DNA of 64,000 bases from Owenia fusiformis (taxonomy: Eukaryota). Position 1 is the stretch's first letter. Each line of letters starts with the position of its first letter. The notes under the pieces are model-generated. The model saw nothing but the letters and a program-made list of their open reading frames with translations, ran no database searches and had not been told where the DNA came from. This document shows, one piece after another, positions 14,451 through 28,306 of the stretch. The translations under genes and the position numbers were made by a program. The stretch is taken from contig CAIIXF020000001.1 of assembly GCA_903813345.2 (NCBI GenBank), forward strand, positions 23,188,001-23,252,000, written 5' to 3'.

Positions 14451-15911
14451 GTTCAAAAAGACAATAGGCATATACACTGACACAGGGCAACATAATTATA
14501 AGAAATGACCATTCTAACACCATCTATGAATAAACAAGGTATTTGGAATATTATAACAACATCAGACTAGTGTAATACGCGAAGGTATCAATTGGAGTAG
14601 AAGAACAAACTAAAAGAAATAGTTATTAGAAAGATGAATAGATGGCATTGTTTAAAATTGCCCAACTGGGCCTCAACAACCGCAACAATCGTATTCATCT
14701 TCATTTAAGACAAGTGTTAAGTTATATCAAGGTTGAAAATCGAAGCATTACCACTTTACTGTATCTACTTTGATAAACGAATATACATTAAAACATAACT
14801 AAAAGGGACATAAAGACCAAAGGACAGACCATATTAATGGACAATCCTCAAGGTATCTGACCTTCTATATGATAACTCCAGAGACACGTTTTTGTATTCT
14901 AATCTAAGCCCAAAATGTTTTTTCTATCTGAATTCAGGCCAGGAATCCTTGTCTGCCCCTTGGATAAGGTAATCTATCCTTCAAGTGTAAACCAGCTAAG
15001 CAAGGGAGCAAGCCACCAGGAATACAAATCAAACACTTGAAGATACAGAACTGAAGACAGGCCTACCAAACAAAGCATAAGAAATAGATGTAAACTTACT
15101 TGTATTTTCCCTTTGTAACACTGCTGTGATGGCATTAAAATACAATCATAGCATAAGCTCATTTTAAAAAAAATTGAAAATCTATTTTGAAAATCAGAGG
15201 AATTGAGGCCAATAATGAAATTCTCACACGCTTCGGTGTCAATGAATTCCATTAAGGTAATTACGTATGTAAGATTTTCCATGATTATATTTACCAATAC
15301 TGTACATGTAATCAATAAAATGGTTAATATTTTTACATATAATGAATATCATACATGAAACTAAAATATAGGATTCAAAACCAAAACATTTTGATGTTGA
15401 AATACAATTTCTCAGTGTCAATTTTTCAACTTTTTGGGAACACACTAACTACCTTAAGACATGTAAAACAATATAAAGAAGCACTTATGGGAATTAGTAT
15501 CAGCATGTGGGTTTCTTTGAAATTAGCCAATTAGAGTTTAAGCCATGACAAATTACACAAAACCTCATTTCACATGACGTTATTTTAAATGCCAAGTTGT
15601 GATATATGACGATAAAAGGTTAGATTTGTAATTCTAGATTCTGAGTGTCAGGAAAGAAATATTAAGATACCTGGATATCAGGTGTAAATGGGGACTTTAC
15701 TTGATTAGTGCATGACAAAAGCATTGTATTGACGAGACAAACACCTTCATAAGAGACAAGAGAAATTGTTATCAGCTAATTTCAGGATCTTGGAAATCAT
15801 CATTTACACAAATATAAATCATAAAGGGCTAAAAATAATATTCATTTTCTCTTTTTTGCAAAAACATTACATTCTGCAAAAACATTATATAGATATATAG
15901 ATAGGACCTAC

Positions 15912-16121
15912 CTATCAGTCGTTTTTCTGACAACGACTTCTGCGGTAGTTGGCAACCTTCCTGACCCAGAACCTTTCTCCGAAGATGATGAACCAGCGGC
16001 GCCATCTGGTGTACTTGTATCACCACCTAGTAACCAGTGCTTGGCCCCTGAGGAACCACTGCGGCTATCATTGCTATCTGTGCGGAAATGCCTGGGTCTA
16101 TCCCTACTGGACACATTGCCC
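15912..16121 (-). CDS. Internal exon of an unidentified long-intron gene (Ser/Gly-rich)
   Basis: ttttttatag|G ... GAT AG|GTAGGT; 210 nt, phase 2-2, GC-richer than its flanks; GNVSSRDRPRHFRTDSNDSRSGSSG...VVVRKTTDR. Confidence 0.65.
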
Positions 16122-18635
16122 CTATAAAAAAAATCCAATACAATCAATTCATATTCTATTGCTAATATTACATTGCACAGGTTTAATAATAAGTATATCT
16201 CTCAGACTTGACGATTGGGTTTTCAGATGTTACCGACTGTGCTAATTGCTTGATACAGAATTTAATATTGACTCTGACATCATACAAGTATTCAGAGGTT
16301 ACAGGTCTCATATTAGGTTATCAAAATAAATAGTTGATGCTATTTCATTCATTGAATTATAACTACAGGGAAAGATATAGTAAAAGGAATGCATAGGAAG
16401 CAGACTGCATGTGAAGAAGCATACAAGAGAAAAGTGCCATCTAGAAATACATACTATTTAAGTGAAAAATACCCTTAAAACCTTCTTTTTGATAATTCCA
16501 TACCATATACCAGTAGTGTTTATTTTAAGCAAGTGTTGTTTATTTTATGTAGAGCAATGATTTTCAAAATACACATAAAATCATTGCTTCAATAAAAAAA
16601 AAATTAAATAGATTAAAATCAAATATTAAAAAAATTAGAAAAACATTTTCAGTGACCAAACTTCCATCCATGCAATCCCCACACAAAACCTTAGTGAATA
16701 AATTCCATATACACTCCCCAGATGCAGTGAATAAACAAACTGAAACAAGTAGATTATAATACGGTATGGCATAATAATAACTCAGAATATAAGCTAATTT
16801 ATTTAGTTCATACAATCATCTGTCCTGAATATCTGCCAGATTAGGCCCTCATAAATCGATGAATCCTTAATATAAACTATATTATCTTAAGTTTAGCATA
16901 TGAAATTCAATAAGTATCGAATTGCCTTAAAATAAATTATTCAGTAATTTCGTTAATTGATATAATTTTGGGCTCTAGTTCAACCACATTTTCTGTAAAT
17001 TAGTGTAGCAAAATATTTTTTAACCCTTTTGATATTGACCATTCAGATTTATCCCTCAACCATTTCTAGACATTACAAATACTCTTAAATTAGTGTTCTG
17101 CACAAGATTTTCTCTCAAATTGGTGCAAAACTGCTCATTCTACTATTCTTACCAAATTACAATGAGTTTTCTCATCTTTGTGTCAAAGTGGGTGCAAATG
17201 GGTTTTTACTTGGGTGCTTGCCTATCATTCAAAATCTTGATAGGGCCCCCTTGCTTCACTTTTGGAAAGATCATTGTTCTTATATAATGGAAAATATACT
17301 ATACTATTATGTTTATCTCAAATAACTTCCCCAAGGTCTTTATTAGAATGATTCATTTCTTTCTGCTTGTCCATTTGCCACTTAAGCAGATCAACCATTG
17401 CCAACAATTGACTTGATTTTAAGATTGGGATCACAATATAAGATTGAAATTTTTCTCCCGAAAAAAGCAATGTGATTGTACTTGATGGTATCACGGTTCC
17501 CAAATGTTCCTATTACAAAAAGGAAATTGTATATTGATTTGCTTGTTTGCTTGAGCTCATTTTGGCAGAAAATAATTTTAGTTATTTCAGAACCGATTGC
17601 TCAAAATCATTTATTCAGATAAAAAATAAAATGAATGTAGATATTGGGGATTCATCAATATGTCCTTCAAACTTTGTTTCTGCATGGCATAAGCACCAAA
17701 GTGCATGGCATGCATGGCATCAAATATTTTACACCTTATTTAGCCTTAAAGAACACTTTTTGTTTGATGTAAAAATAGTCCATTAGGACTTCCATTGTGG
17801 TGATAAACATATAAAGATCGAATTACTCAATAAAATTAGGTTACTACTCGTAACGTTCATGTCCATTTGAACATTGCAGAACTAATACGGCAAAGTAGAT
17901 GATTCGATTAGCTTAGTAACTGAACATCTATAGACCACAAGCCTTCTATATTCCCAAGTGATAAATTGCATATAATGATTTTAATGTACTATAGTTATCA
18001 ATAAGGTTAAGGATAAGGGGCATCTTCACAATATATACATATACTGAGTTATACAAGAATGAACATGTACTTGTATTATATAATGACTGTAAATTACATG
18101 TATAGAAATCACATATTCAAAAACACCCCCACCCAATAAGATGTTTTACAATGTTTTACAAAAATATCTCTTGTAGAAGACTATAATAAATATTGATTAT
18201 CATATTTATATAAAAGAGCATGCAAGAGAGAATGAAAGTGAATAATTATTAGAAGATCGAAGTTAGTTTTCTACAATTTGACTCTCTCCCTCCCCGTAAA
18301 TGGTGTAGTATGTTGGGGCGCAGCAAATTACGCAAACCCAAAACAAACCATACACAACAGTGCAACAAAACATGCAGCAAAACAAAGCCATGCTAATAGG
18401 CATCAGACTCACTGTGACACAATTGAGTGCATCCTAACACATACACCTCTTGGTTAGCTTAGAACAACACAATCTAGCTGCATGTTCCAAAATAAAACAT
18501 TTCATATCCTTAAGCACAATATATAACAACTGGATGCAAGGAGGGAGCACAGGGATGGGGTTTGGAAATCAGATCATACGTATTGATGTTATGAATGATT
18601 TAGTAACTGTTATGGACTGAGGGAAGGATATGGTA

Positions 18636-18899
18636 CACTAAAACCTGTATAATGGAACACCTCTTTGTAAAGAACACCTCTTTGTAAGGAACACCTTTGA
18701 AATATGGATTTTTCACTGGAAATAATTCCTATTAACTAACATGTTTATGAGCTCTCTGTAAGGAACACCTCTCTACGTGAAACAGGTTTTAAAAGAGCCA
18801 AGTCCCATTGACTTACATGTAATGAACCCTCTTTGTGAGGAACCCTTGTCTATAAGGAATAAAAGTACTAAGGGTGTTCCATATACACAGGTTTTACTG
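18636..18899. mobile_element. Tc1/mariner (pogo/Tigger-like) MITE
   Basis: CACTAAAACCTGT...ACAGGTTTTACTG termini; internal GGAACACCT repeats. Confidence 0.55.
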
Positions 18900-19178
18900 A
18901 AATTTGATTGGTCAATTTTGTTAACTCTAGCATTTGTTAGTTTGTAGGATAACATTAAACCTAAAGTAGCAATGGAAATAATACAATTGAAATGGTACAA
19001 ACAAGATAAGTTAACACACACTAATTTGAATAAAAGAGTAGAATGCTATTATTTCAAAACTAAAGTTAGAAAAGGATCTATCTGCATGATGGTATCTAAA
19101 AATAATAAATGTTATATTTTAATTGAACACACTTCACATATAAGACTAAATGCGCTACTCTCCATGTGAAAGGAAGGA

Positions 19179-19352
19179 ATACAAGACATTAACATATAAA
19201 ATGTCACCACCTGCCATTTTTTACAGATGCCAACCACTGAACAAGAATTGCCAAACATCAAACATAAAATGCTTGACACCAAAACAAACTGACAAAAAAA
19301 ACATCCACAAAAAAGTTGGAGACTATGTCACCACTTATGGTGGTGACATACA
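19179..19352 (+). mobile_element. Short HINE-family element
   Basis: Same head; ATGTCACCACTTATGGTGGTGACAT hairpin tail. Confidence 0.6.
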
Positions 19353-20300
19353 AAAAAGAAAAAACATGATTGTGCCAGATACATGTACATTCATCTCATG
19401 TTCTAACATATTATCATACACACTAGACTTTCTACACTATAATGCACATTGCAGACAAAATCAAAATAAGAACAACATTCTTATTATCATATGGAAGAAA
19501 CTCAAATCATTAAAAGGGCTATACAAGTAAAAACCTTTTCTAACAATAGGGTTGTACAGGTAAGAAATCTGAGTCACCAAAATGGCTATACAAGAAAAAA
19601 TAAGAAATCCATTTAAAATATTGAGGATTGTTTTCCATTAGATTTGTCTATCAAAAATCACAGATTTGCAGCGCTGCGAATCAATGATTGAAGTCAAAAT
19701 AATGGGCAAAATTAATGGACATTACTTCGGCCCGTTTTCCTTAATCGCATTTAGACAAATTCAATCGAATAGATTTGGTTTTGTATGTGATTGCTTTTTG
19801 TAGAGATTAGAGGATTGCCAGCGGTTATTTGCCATCCTGTCAGTATTGTCTGTAATTACTCCTCAAAACATTTGTATTCAATGAAACTTCTAAATTAGAT
19901 ATTTCACTATTGTTTGGTAGTCATGGATCATGCAATATAGCGGAATAAACATTGGGAAAAAGGCTGAAAGCAGTTGTAATCTATTTTAATGGAATTAGCA
20001 CGTAATCTGTATACTCTATCACAGGTATATATAAACTTAAAATTTTTTCTAAAACATTTTTATAAGACACATACATGAACTTCCCAAATCTATGATTCAT
20101 TATATCCTCACAATGACCTATGTCACAACAAATTGCATTTGAGATACATTTGAGTTATGTCCAATGGGTAATGGGACATTTATCAACTGAACTTCTCCAG
20201 ACTCATTGGTAAATCTCCTTGGCACAAATGAGAATAAGTATTGTTCATTATTCTTGTCACTATTATCAAGCAGACCTATACTAGCTGATTTGATATCCAA

Positions 20301-20457
20301 TTTTTATGTCACCACAATAAGTGGTGACATATTGTTACAGTCTTCAAATTTTTATGGTGGTTGATGTTCATCGGTTGGTGTCTGGAGTTTGGTGTTCAGT
20401 AACAAATCTGTAACAAATGGTGAGTGGTGACATTTTGCATGTTAATGAGGCCTTGTT
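20301..20457 (-). mobile_element. Short HINE-family element
   Basis: Reverse copy with ATGTCACCAC..GTGGTGACAT hairpin. Confidence 0.6.
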
Positions 20458-20615
20458 ATTATTGACTTAAATTAGTATGATTTTAATTATGCTTTCTTAA
20501 TTGAATTCCAAATTACTTTAGGGTTAAAGATACATTAAATAATTTTTAATCATTCGGTTCCAGATAAAAAATAATTTTTTAATTAATGGTTATTGTAAAA
20601 TTAAATGTGATAAAG

Positions 20616-20712
20616 TCGAGACTCAAAGTGAGGCTCTCTATGCAGTCGAGACTTAAAGTGAGGTTCTCTATGCAGTCGAGACTTAAAGTGAGGCTCTGTA
20701 GGCAGTTGAGAC
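20616..20712. repeat. 29-bp tandem repeat, ~3 copies
   Basis: GTCGAGACTTAAAGTGAGGCTCTCTATGCA-like units. Confidence 0.75.
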
Positions 20713-21191
20713 AAACATCTCCAAACATCTCATTTTATAATTACTTTTTTTATTAAATAAAATAAAGCTTATCCAATTCAATCAGCAAGTTGATAAAATA
20801 GAACTTACCCCAGATGATCCAGTTAATAAGTAATTTCTTTCATTTTTTACTGTAATCAATGGGTATAAATACCTCACTATGTTTGATTCCTTTGGGTCTA
20901 ATAAGGACCTGGAATGGTTAAGAGAGACGATCTTTTATCAAACAGCAGCCACTAATTCAGGCCAGCAGCTGTTTTTATTCTCAGAAGTATCAATAATTCT
21001 CTTTTTGTATCTATATTGAGCTGAATGGATCACCGGACAGAGAGTATATATATTGTATTGTATATTATGACTTACTTACTGAAAATACCCAAGAAGAACA
21101 ATCTGTAATTACCCTAGGGACGCTCGTCCGGAGAGGTGTAGTGTAACGAGCCAGATACTAGACACGAAAGGGAGTGTGATGAATTCAATAA

Positions 21192-21262
21192 CCCATGCGG
21201 GAATTGAACCAAAGACCCTCCACTCCAAAGCCTGACACTCTACCGCTTAAGCCAAAGGGGCT
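21192..21262 (-). mobile_element. tRNA-derived SINE-like head or pseudo-tRNA
   Basis: Pol III A-box TGGCTTAAGCGG and B-box GGTTCAATTCC on the minus strand; the anticodon stem does not pair. Confidence 0.55.
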
Positions 21263-22039
21263 AGCCATTACAGCTAGGCTACAGCAACGACTTGCTATCA
21301 GGGTCATGTTTTGACAAACCTTTTTAAAGGATTTTTGCTTGTGCACTTAGATGTTTCTTTTCCTTGTCATGTCTTGTTATTAACTCTTTTATTGTTCCCT
21401 TTGTGGCACTTGCATGTAATATTTACTTCACTAATTAATTTAATGTTGAGCTACGATAACCCTACAACAGAGAGAGTAACATTCAGTGCATATGCTTCAG
21501 GAAAATGCTTGAACAATTGCATGTACTCTATGTATAGATCATTTGTATCAATCAAAATAACACATTAAATATTAACATCTACATGGTTTGGCTTTTGAGA
21601 TATGCTACACTGATTGATCTGCGGTAATAACTAGAATGTTTCAATGTATCATGGTTTGTTCCCATATACAAGTTTGAATCTCTATGGTACTTTAATTACC
21701 ATAAACCTTTCCAATGATATATATATTATTCATTGTTTGTAGCGTTATAAGACCAATCTAAGGTCAATCTATCTCCAGGTTACTTGTTCAACATAACTTT
21801 CTATTCAATTCTCATTGATACCACACATATTAATCTCAACCATTAATTATTAATCCAAGGTGTCTCACGACACTTGTAGTGTTATAGAATACAACATTGT
21901 AATTTCAATTTGCTTGTTTTGGTTTTGTTTGGTATTTAACTCTTTATTATAATTTCATCAGATGTAACTTTAATTAAAGATATAACAACAAAAGACAAGA
22001 CATTATTATGACAAAATTGGTCAAATTGAAGCAATTGTT

Positions 22040-22298
22040 AGATGGTTTAATTCCAATGGTTTGAGAGTTTAATTTCAATGGCTTGATAGTTTAATTTCAA
22101 TGGTTTTTTGATAGTTTAATTTCAATGGTTTCATTTTCATTTCAATGGTTTGATAGTTTAATTTCAATGGTTTAATTCCAATGGTTTGATAGTTAAATTT
22201 CAATGGTTAGATGGTTTAATTCCAATTGTTTGATAGTTTAATTTCAATGGTTTGATAGTTAAATTTCAATGGTTTGATAGTTTCATTACAATGGTTTT
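22040..22298. repeat. ~22-bp minisatellite
   Basis: AATGGTTTGATAGTTTAATTTC units. Confidence 0.8.
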
Positions 22299-23447
22299 AC
22301 TTTGTTATTTCAAAAAATTGTAGCTTCAAATATTCCTTACATTTCAAGTTTGTTTTAAGAGTGACAGAGCAAACTGATAAATAGTTTAGGGGATAAGAAT
22401 TGACACAAATCTCTGCTATGCAATCAGTTCTCAGAGTCACTGTGATATGAGGTGTCAATCACTGAGAAATAGTCATCTAACATTTGAACTATTGCAAAAT
22501 ATCACAAATTATCAGCTTTTATGTTGGGCTGATGGGGTCATCTAGTAAGATATAATGGATGATGGATGTACTTTATCAAAGTAATTAAAGTACTAAATGA
22601 TTCTTTATGTTAACACATTGCAAAAAATAAAGAGTTGAGGTTATCTCTTCTAAAAAGTATGAATGCACGTCACTGTCGTTTAGCCCTAATATAGATCCCT
22701 AAGTTAGCAGATTCACTTACCATGAAAAATAGTAGTAAGTGCATGCATTATGATACCCATTAATAACATCTTTCTCGTAATATTCTAAAGAGGAACTGAT
22801 ACAATTAGGCTGTCGTATCTCACGGCAGTATAAGTGCATATGTATATATGTTAAGGATATCCTATGATTTTGAGTGATATCATTTTTATCCATGAGTCGA
22901 TATCACTTTTTCCATGCATTTGAAAAGTATCATAAATAAACTGACATGCTATCATACAGATTTGACCTCAAATCTATTGAAAGCCCATGATTAATTAACC
23001 TTCAATCATTTTAATGCTCTGATCAATTATTAAAGGAAGAATTAAATTCCAAAAGCTTCATTTCTCATTGATTCTGACATGAACAAGACTTATTAAGCTA
23101 CACAACAGGAACATATCTTTGCCATTTTCCCTCTATTTACTATAAGCCATCTACATTCTATAAATCGACTTGCACGGCCATGAACCTTGCCAACGATGGG
23201 ACACGTTAATCTCTCGGACTGTCAGATGAGAATATTGCATGAAAACAAAGCATTTACTGGCACCCATATGTGATAATAACTTGCATACAAGATATATTGT
23301 GTTAATCTCGCAAAGAACTAATCAATGACATTAAAGTGCAATGTCCCACCAATATTTTAGCTTTACTATGTTTAGTTGTAGTATATTTCATTGAAGGATT
23401 GTGAATCTTTTACAAAAGTGATACATCTCGTATAATGACTACTATAC

Positions 23448-23583
23448 ACTTGTCCATTCTATATTTCCCCCATTGTATGCTTGCTAATTTTACGCTTGCC
23501 CATTCTATGCTTGTCCATTCTATGCTTGTCCATTCTATGCTTGCCCATTCTATGCTTGCCCATTCTATGCTTGCCCATTCTAT
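23448..23583. repeat. 15-bp minisatellite
   Basis: CTTGYCCATTCTATG units. Confidence 0.85.
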
Positions 23584-23935
23584 ACTAGTAGACCGAATGA
23601 TAAATATACGAATATATAGTCGAACCATATGGCAAAATTAGTTCCTAAACTACCTCTCTAAGTAACAATTCTTTTGATACTAATGTCTTCATATGTGGAA
23701 TAAGGGTCATGTTAAATTGTCATATCTATTCAGATATTAGAACTTAAAACTCTGTGCCCATGGTAACTACCAGTCCAAATCCTGTTTTAATTCAGGTTAA
23801 ACTAATTTAGTTGCATATTACACCAAATACTCGTAAATATTTCATGAGGGCTAGTACGATTGATTAATAATTTACACAAGCAGGTTATTTGTCAGCACGA
23901 CTCAGGGATAAAGCATCAACTCTCTACTCATCTAT

Positions 23936-24381
23936 AACTAGGCATTAACATGCAAATGTCATCACCTGCCATTTGTTACAGATGCCAAACACCAACCGCT
24001 GAACATGGTCCCAAAAAGTCATCACCTGCCATTTGTTACAGATACCAAACACCAACCGCTGAACATGGTCCCCAAAAATGTCATTACCTGCCATTTGTTA
24101 CAGATACCAAACACCAACCGCTGAACATGGTCCCCAAAAATGTCATTACCTGCCATTTGTTACAAATGCCAAACACCAACCGCTGAACATGGTCCCCAAA
24201 AATGTCATTACCTGCCATTTGTTACAGATACCAAACACCAACCGCTGAACATGGTCCCCAAAAATGTCATCACCTGCCATTTGTTACAAATGCCAAACGC
24301 CAACCGCTGAACACTGTCCACAAAAAAGTTGAAGACTGGAGAGTTCATGAATATGTCTCCATGTCTGGCGGTGACATAAAA
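23936..24381 (+). mobile_element. HINE-family element with an internal ~60-bp tandem amplification (~6 copies)
   Basis: Family head, repeated TGTCATYACCTGCCATTTGTTACAGATACCAAACACCAACCGCTGAACATGGTCCCCAAAAA, then GGTGACATAAAA tail. Confidence 0.7.
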
Positions 24382-26016
24382 ATGAAAACTACGCAGAATA
24401 TACTGCAAGCTACATATATATGAGGCCATTTGATCGTCCAGCTTAGAGGCAATTTGCGAGAAGATACGCTGCGATATGTCCTTATTTGCAAGCAGCATGG
24501 GGTATGCGCCATGGATGATAGGCCTATTATGCATGTACAACATGTTAGATGGGGAAAAATTGGTAATCAATGAACTGAAGCATACAAATACTAATTCTTG
24601 CAATTTTCCTTTCACAATTCTAGAGTATGGCTATTATACACCTACATGGTGACAGGTCACAAGCAATTTATTATTTTTCTTAATAAATAAAAGAAATCAC
24701 ACAGCTATGAGGATGCATACCTGACAAAAATTAACAATAAAATAAGAGGTTGATATTCTATACCTTTAGCTATATTCTGTTCCCAGCTGACCCCTTATAG
24801 CCAGCTTTCAACAAGAGTGGATGGCTCAGAATTTTTCAAAACTCATAAAACGTTAGAAATTTTTTTACTTAGTCAATATGTATTTATGCTTTTGGTAAAT
24901 TCCCAGAAACCTAAATACACATGTAAATAAGTAAACTTTTTTTCCATTTAAGATAATAAAAAAGGAAAGGTTTGCATCATGAGCTCCTCCTAGTACAAAG
25001 TGCTATAGTCTTGCTTCAAGACCATGGACACCCCTTCTGTTGTTGTTGAAATGGAGTGGGGGGGGGGTGTGGTCTTGAGGCAAGACTACAAGGAGTAAGC
25101 TTGATGAACATTTGGGGGTGAAATACTAAGCTAAAGGTACAGCTAGACATCAACCAAATAAATAGCATAAATGCATAGTCTTGTATCAATGCTATGGCCA
25201 CTTACTCCCCTAGATCTATTTCTATGTTGTGAGAGAATGAGGGGGGGGGCAACATGGAGGTTTGATGCAAGACTCGTATTAATAAATGCCCAGGGTAGTG
25301 TACAATGCATTGTTAGTTCTAGCTAATGGAATATATCTGCTCACTAGACTCGACAATCCACCCACCTGCCACCTGTGAAAGAGGGGTTCCTTGGCAAATT
25401 ACCAGAGCTAAAGAGAAAGAATTAAAATTCTATTTTAGACACGCAGCGCCTTGAAGAAGCTTTGCATTAACATTAAAACCCCTAACTCATCTGATCAAAT
25501 TATAAAACAAAAATTTTATTTCTTTTTTTGTGTTTTTATAATAAGTAGAGTTCAAAGTTAGTTTAAAAATTAATAATTAATAAAAGGAGAAATGGAGTCC
25601 AAATATGGTAATTGATTATATGATTTAGCAAGGTATGTACAAGCCAAAGATTTCTCATTTTTATGAGATGAATAATATGGGCTTTCTTTGTCCCTAGAGT
25701 GACCCAAAACTGCAACACTCTCATCACAAGAGTGTTGCATTATTTGGGACTCACCCTGTATATTGGCTTGTCAACTGTAGGATTCTATTACATTAATAGG
25801 GACCTCTAGGGAAGAATTCCTCAATTTAAAGAGCACTGGGATCATACTGATAATGCAAGCACTTTGTTCAGGATCATGACCCACCAAATGAATGTTTGTG
25901 ATCATGACCTACCTAATGGAAGTTTGTGAAGATTTTCGTTGAAGTTTTGACCCACTGCCAGCGCTACAAAATATAATGAAATACTTCTCAACATAATACT
26001 AAAAACATTTATTTCA

Positions 26017-27160
26017 ACAAGGCATTAACATGACAAAATGTCACCACCTAAAACAATTTGGTCAATTTAAAGCAAGCTGGAAAATACCTTTTGACCTTAA
26101 GAAGGTTTTTGAAGATTTGAGCTTCTGGGATCTTGTAGATGATTTTGAAAAAAGAAATTGTTCAATCTGAAGCAAGTTGAAAAAATACCTCTTTGACTTT
26201 TTTTGACATTGAGAAGGTCATTGAAGGTCAAATGTCAAATGAAAGTCAGATTTGAACTTCTGAGAACATGTAGATGATTTTGAAAAAGAAATTAAGTAAA
26301 TTTGAAGCAAGTTGAAAAAAGACCTTTTTGACCTTGAAAAGGTCATTGAAGGTCAAATGTCAAATCTAAAGTCAGATTTGAACTTCTGAGAACATGTAGA
26401 TGATTTTGAAAAAAAAATTAGTCAATTAGAAGCAAGTTGAAAAAAGACCTTTTTGACCTTGAAAAGGTCATTGAAGGTCAAAGGTCAAATCTAAAGTCAG
26501 ATTTGAACTTCTGAGAACTTGTAAAGTCAAATTTGAACTTCTGAAAAGATGTAGATGATTTTGAAAAAAAAATTTGGTCAATTTGAAGCAAGTTGAAAAC
26601 AGACCTTTTTGACCTTTTTCGACCTTGAGAAGGTCATAAAAGGTCAAATCTAAAGTCAGATTTGAATTTCTGAGAACACGTAGATGATTTTGAAAAAAAA
26701 ATTTAGTCAATTTGAAGCAAGTTGAAAACAGACCTTTTTGACCTTTTTTGACCTTGAGAAGGTCATTGAAGGTCAAATGTCAAATCTAAAGTCAGATTAG
26801 AAGGTCAAATGTCAAATCTAAAGTCAAATCTAAAGTCAGATTTGAATTTCTGAGAACATGTAGATGATTTTGAAAAAAAATTTAGTCAATGTGAAGCAAG
26901 TTGAAAAAAGACCTTTTTGACCTTGAGAAGGTCATTGAAGGTCAAATGTCAAATCTAAAGTCAGATTTGAACTTCTGAGAACATGTAGATGATTTAGAAA
27001 AAAATTGAAGTCAGTCTAAACAGTATTTGTTAAGTTATAGGAAGTTGTAAGAAATTGTTACAGACGCCGGACGCCGGACGCCGGACGCCAACCTCCAACC
27101 GTCGTCGCAAAAAAACGGAGACCATAACAATATGTCACCACTTTTGGTGGTGACATAATA
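26017..27160 (+). mobile_element. HINE/pearl-like element carrying a ~125-135-bp AGGTCA-rich satellite
   Basis: AACAAGGCATTAACATG head, about 6-7 internal repeats, (GACGCCG)n microsatellite at 27063-27090, terminal hairpin ATGTCACCAC-tttt-GGTGGTGACAT. Confidence 0.75.
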
Positions 27161-27599
27161 GCTTTACTGGAACAACATAAGATGACGCATGACTGACTAT
27201 GACTTAACCAAATACATGTAAGTAGTCATTTTCCAAAAAGAAAAGTTACATGTATTGACTTGGACTAACAGATATTTGCCATGGTAGCCTAGATTTTTTA
27301 ATAGAGCCTATGGCATAGTATCACCTTTTTTTAAACTTTTTCTCTAGATTAAGACTCTTTTATAAAACCAGGCTGTATGATCTGTATATTGCTATATGGC
27401 ATCATCTGTATGTATGGTTATAAATTCCTATTGGACAATTACGGCAAAGCGGCCACTGAACTCCAGCTAAATTCCCCCATGTTGGGATACTGGAAAGTAT
27501 AGAACCCCATTGCTCATGTATCATCATCTAAAATCATTAGCTGCATACAAATAATTATTTAATGTGATACTAGACGTGAGACAATGAATAACTCAATCT

Positions 27600-28306
27600 C
27601 ACACCGGAATAGCCTGACAACGGTAAAGTCAGATACCCTAAAGTCAGATACCGTTGTCACAAATGGCGGACATAACCATCGCTTCAATTGGATTTTCATG
27701 AACTGTATGTTTAATAGAGCGACTAGATTAAATTCCTTTGGTACAGCAATCACTCAAAGTGTTTTTCTACTGATCATATAGTTAAATTACTTAAATATGT
27801 TCTACCTTCAAAATAAAGGCTTTAATTTTACCAATCGGAATATGACACAGGACAATGGATAATGTATAAATGACAACAGTAGGTGTGGGTCAAATGAGAT
27901 GTAAATTTGAGGTGACAACAGTAATATTTGACAATGGTATATGTAAAGACAACGGTAAAGTGTCTATTTACCGTTGTCATTTTCCTATGTTCCAATGCAA
28001 TACATCCACCATAGTCCGTTGTCACATCTTACCATATGCCGTTGTCTTTGTAAATTATTTCAAATTCAGATTCCGTTGTCATTGACGATATCGAAGACGC
28101 TATATTGTGGCGATTCACGACCCCATTTGATAGAAATTGGGATTTCATATAATACATCATCACACGAGCTTAACACATGCACAGAATTAGCGACGACAAA
28201 GTCCCATGAAACGAGGACCAAGAGATTAAAGAGTTGAAGTAACGGTTATGTCTGCCATTTGTGACAACGGTATCTGACTTTACCATTGTCAGGCTATTCC
28301 GGTGTG
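27600..28306. mobile_element. MITE with CAC...GTG termini and 5-bp TSD (Transib-like signature)
   Basis: ~60-bp TIRs CACACCGGAATAGCCTGACAA.GGTAAAGTCAGATACC...; AATCT on both flanks (27595-99, 28307-11). Confidence 0.7.

Noticed and set aside
20809-20908. 100-nt candidate minus-strand exon (ccag|...GGG|GTAAGT)
   Set aside because: Open in one frame, but phase 2-0 breaks the chain to the 16121 exon and there is no other support.
21192-21262. Functional tRNA-Gln gene
   Set aside because: The anticodon and acceptor stems do not pair convincingly.
23410-23641. ORFs with SIEWA/HSMLA repeats
   Set aside because: Artefact of the 15-bp minisatellite.
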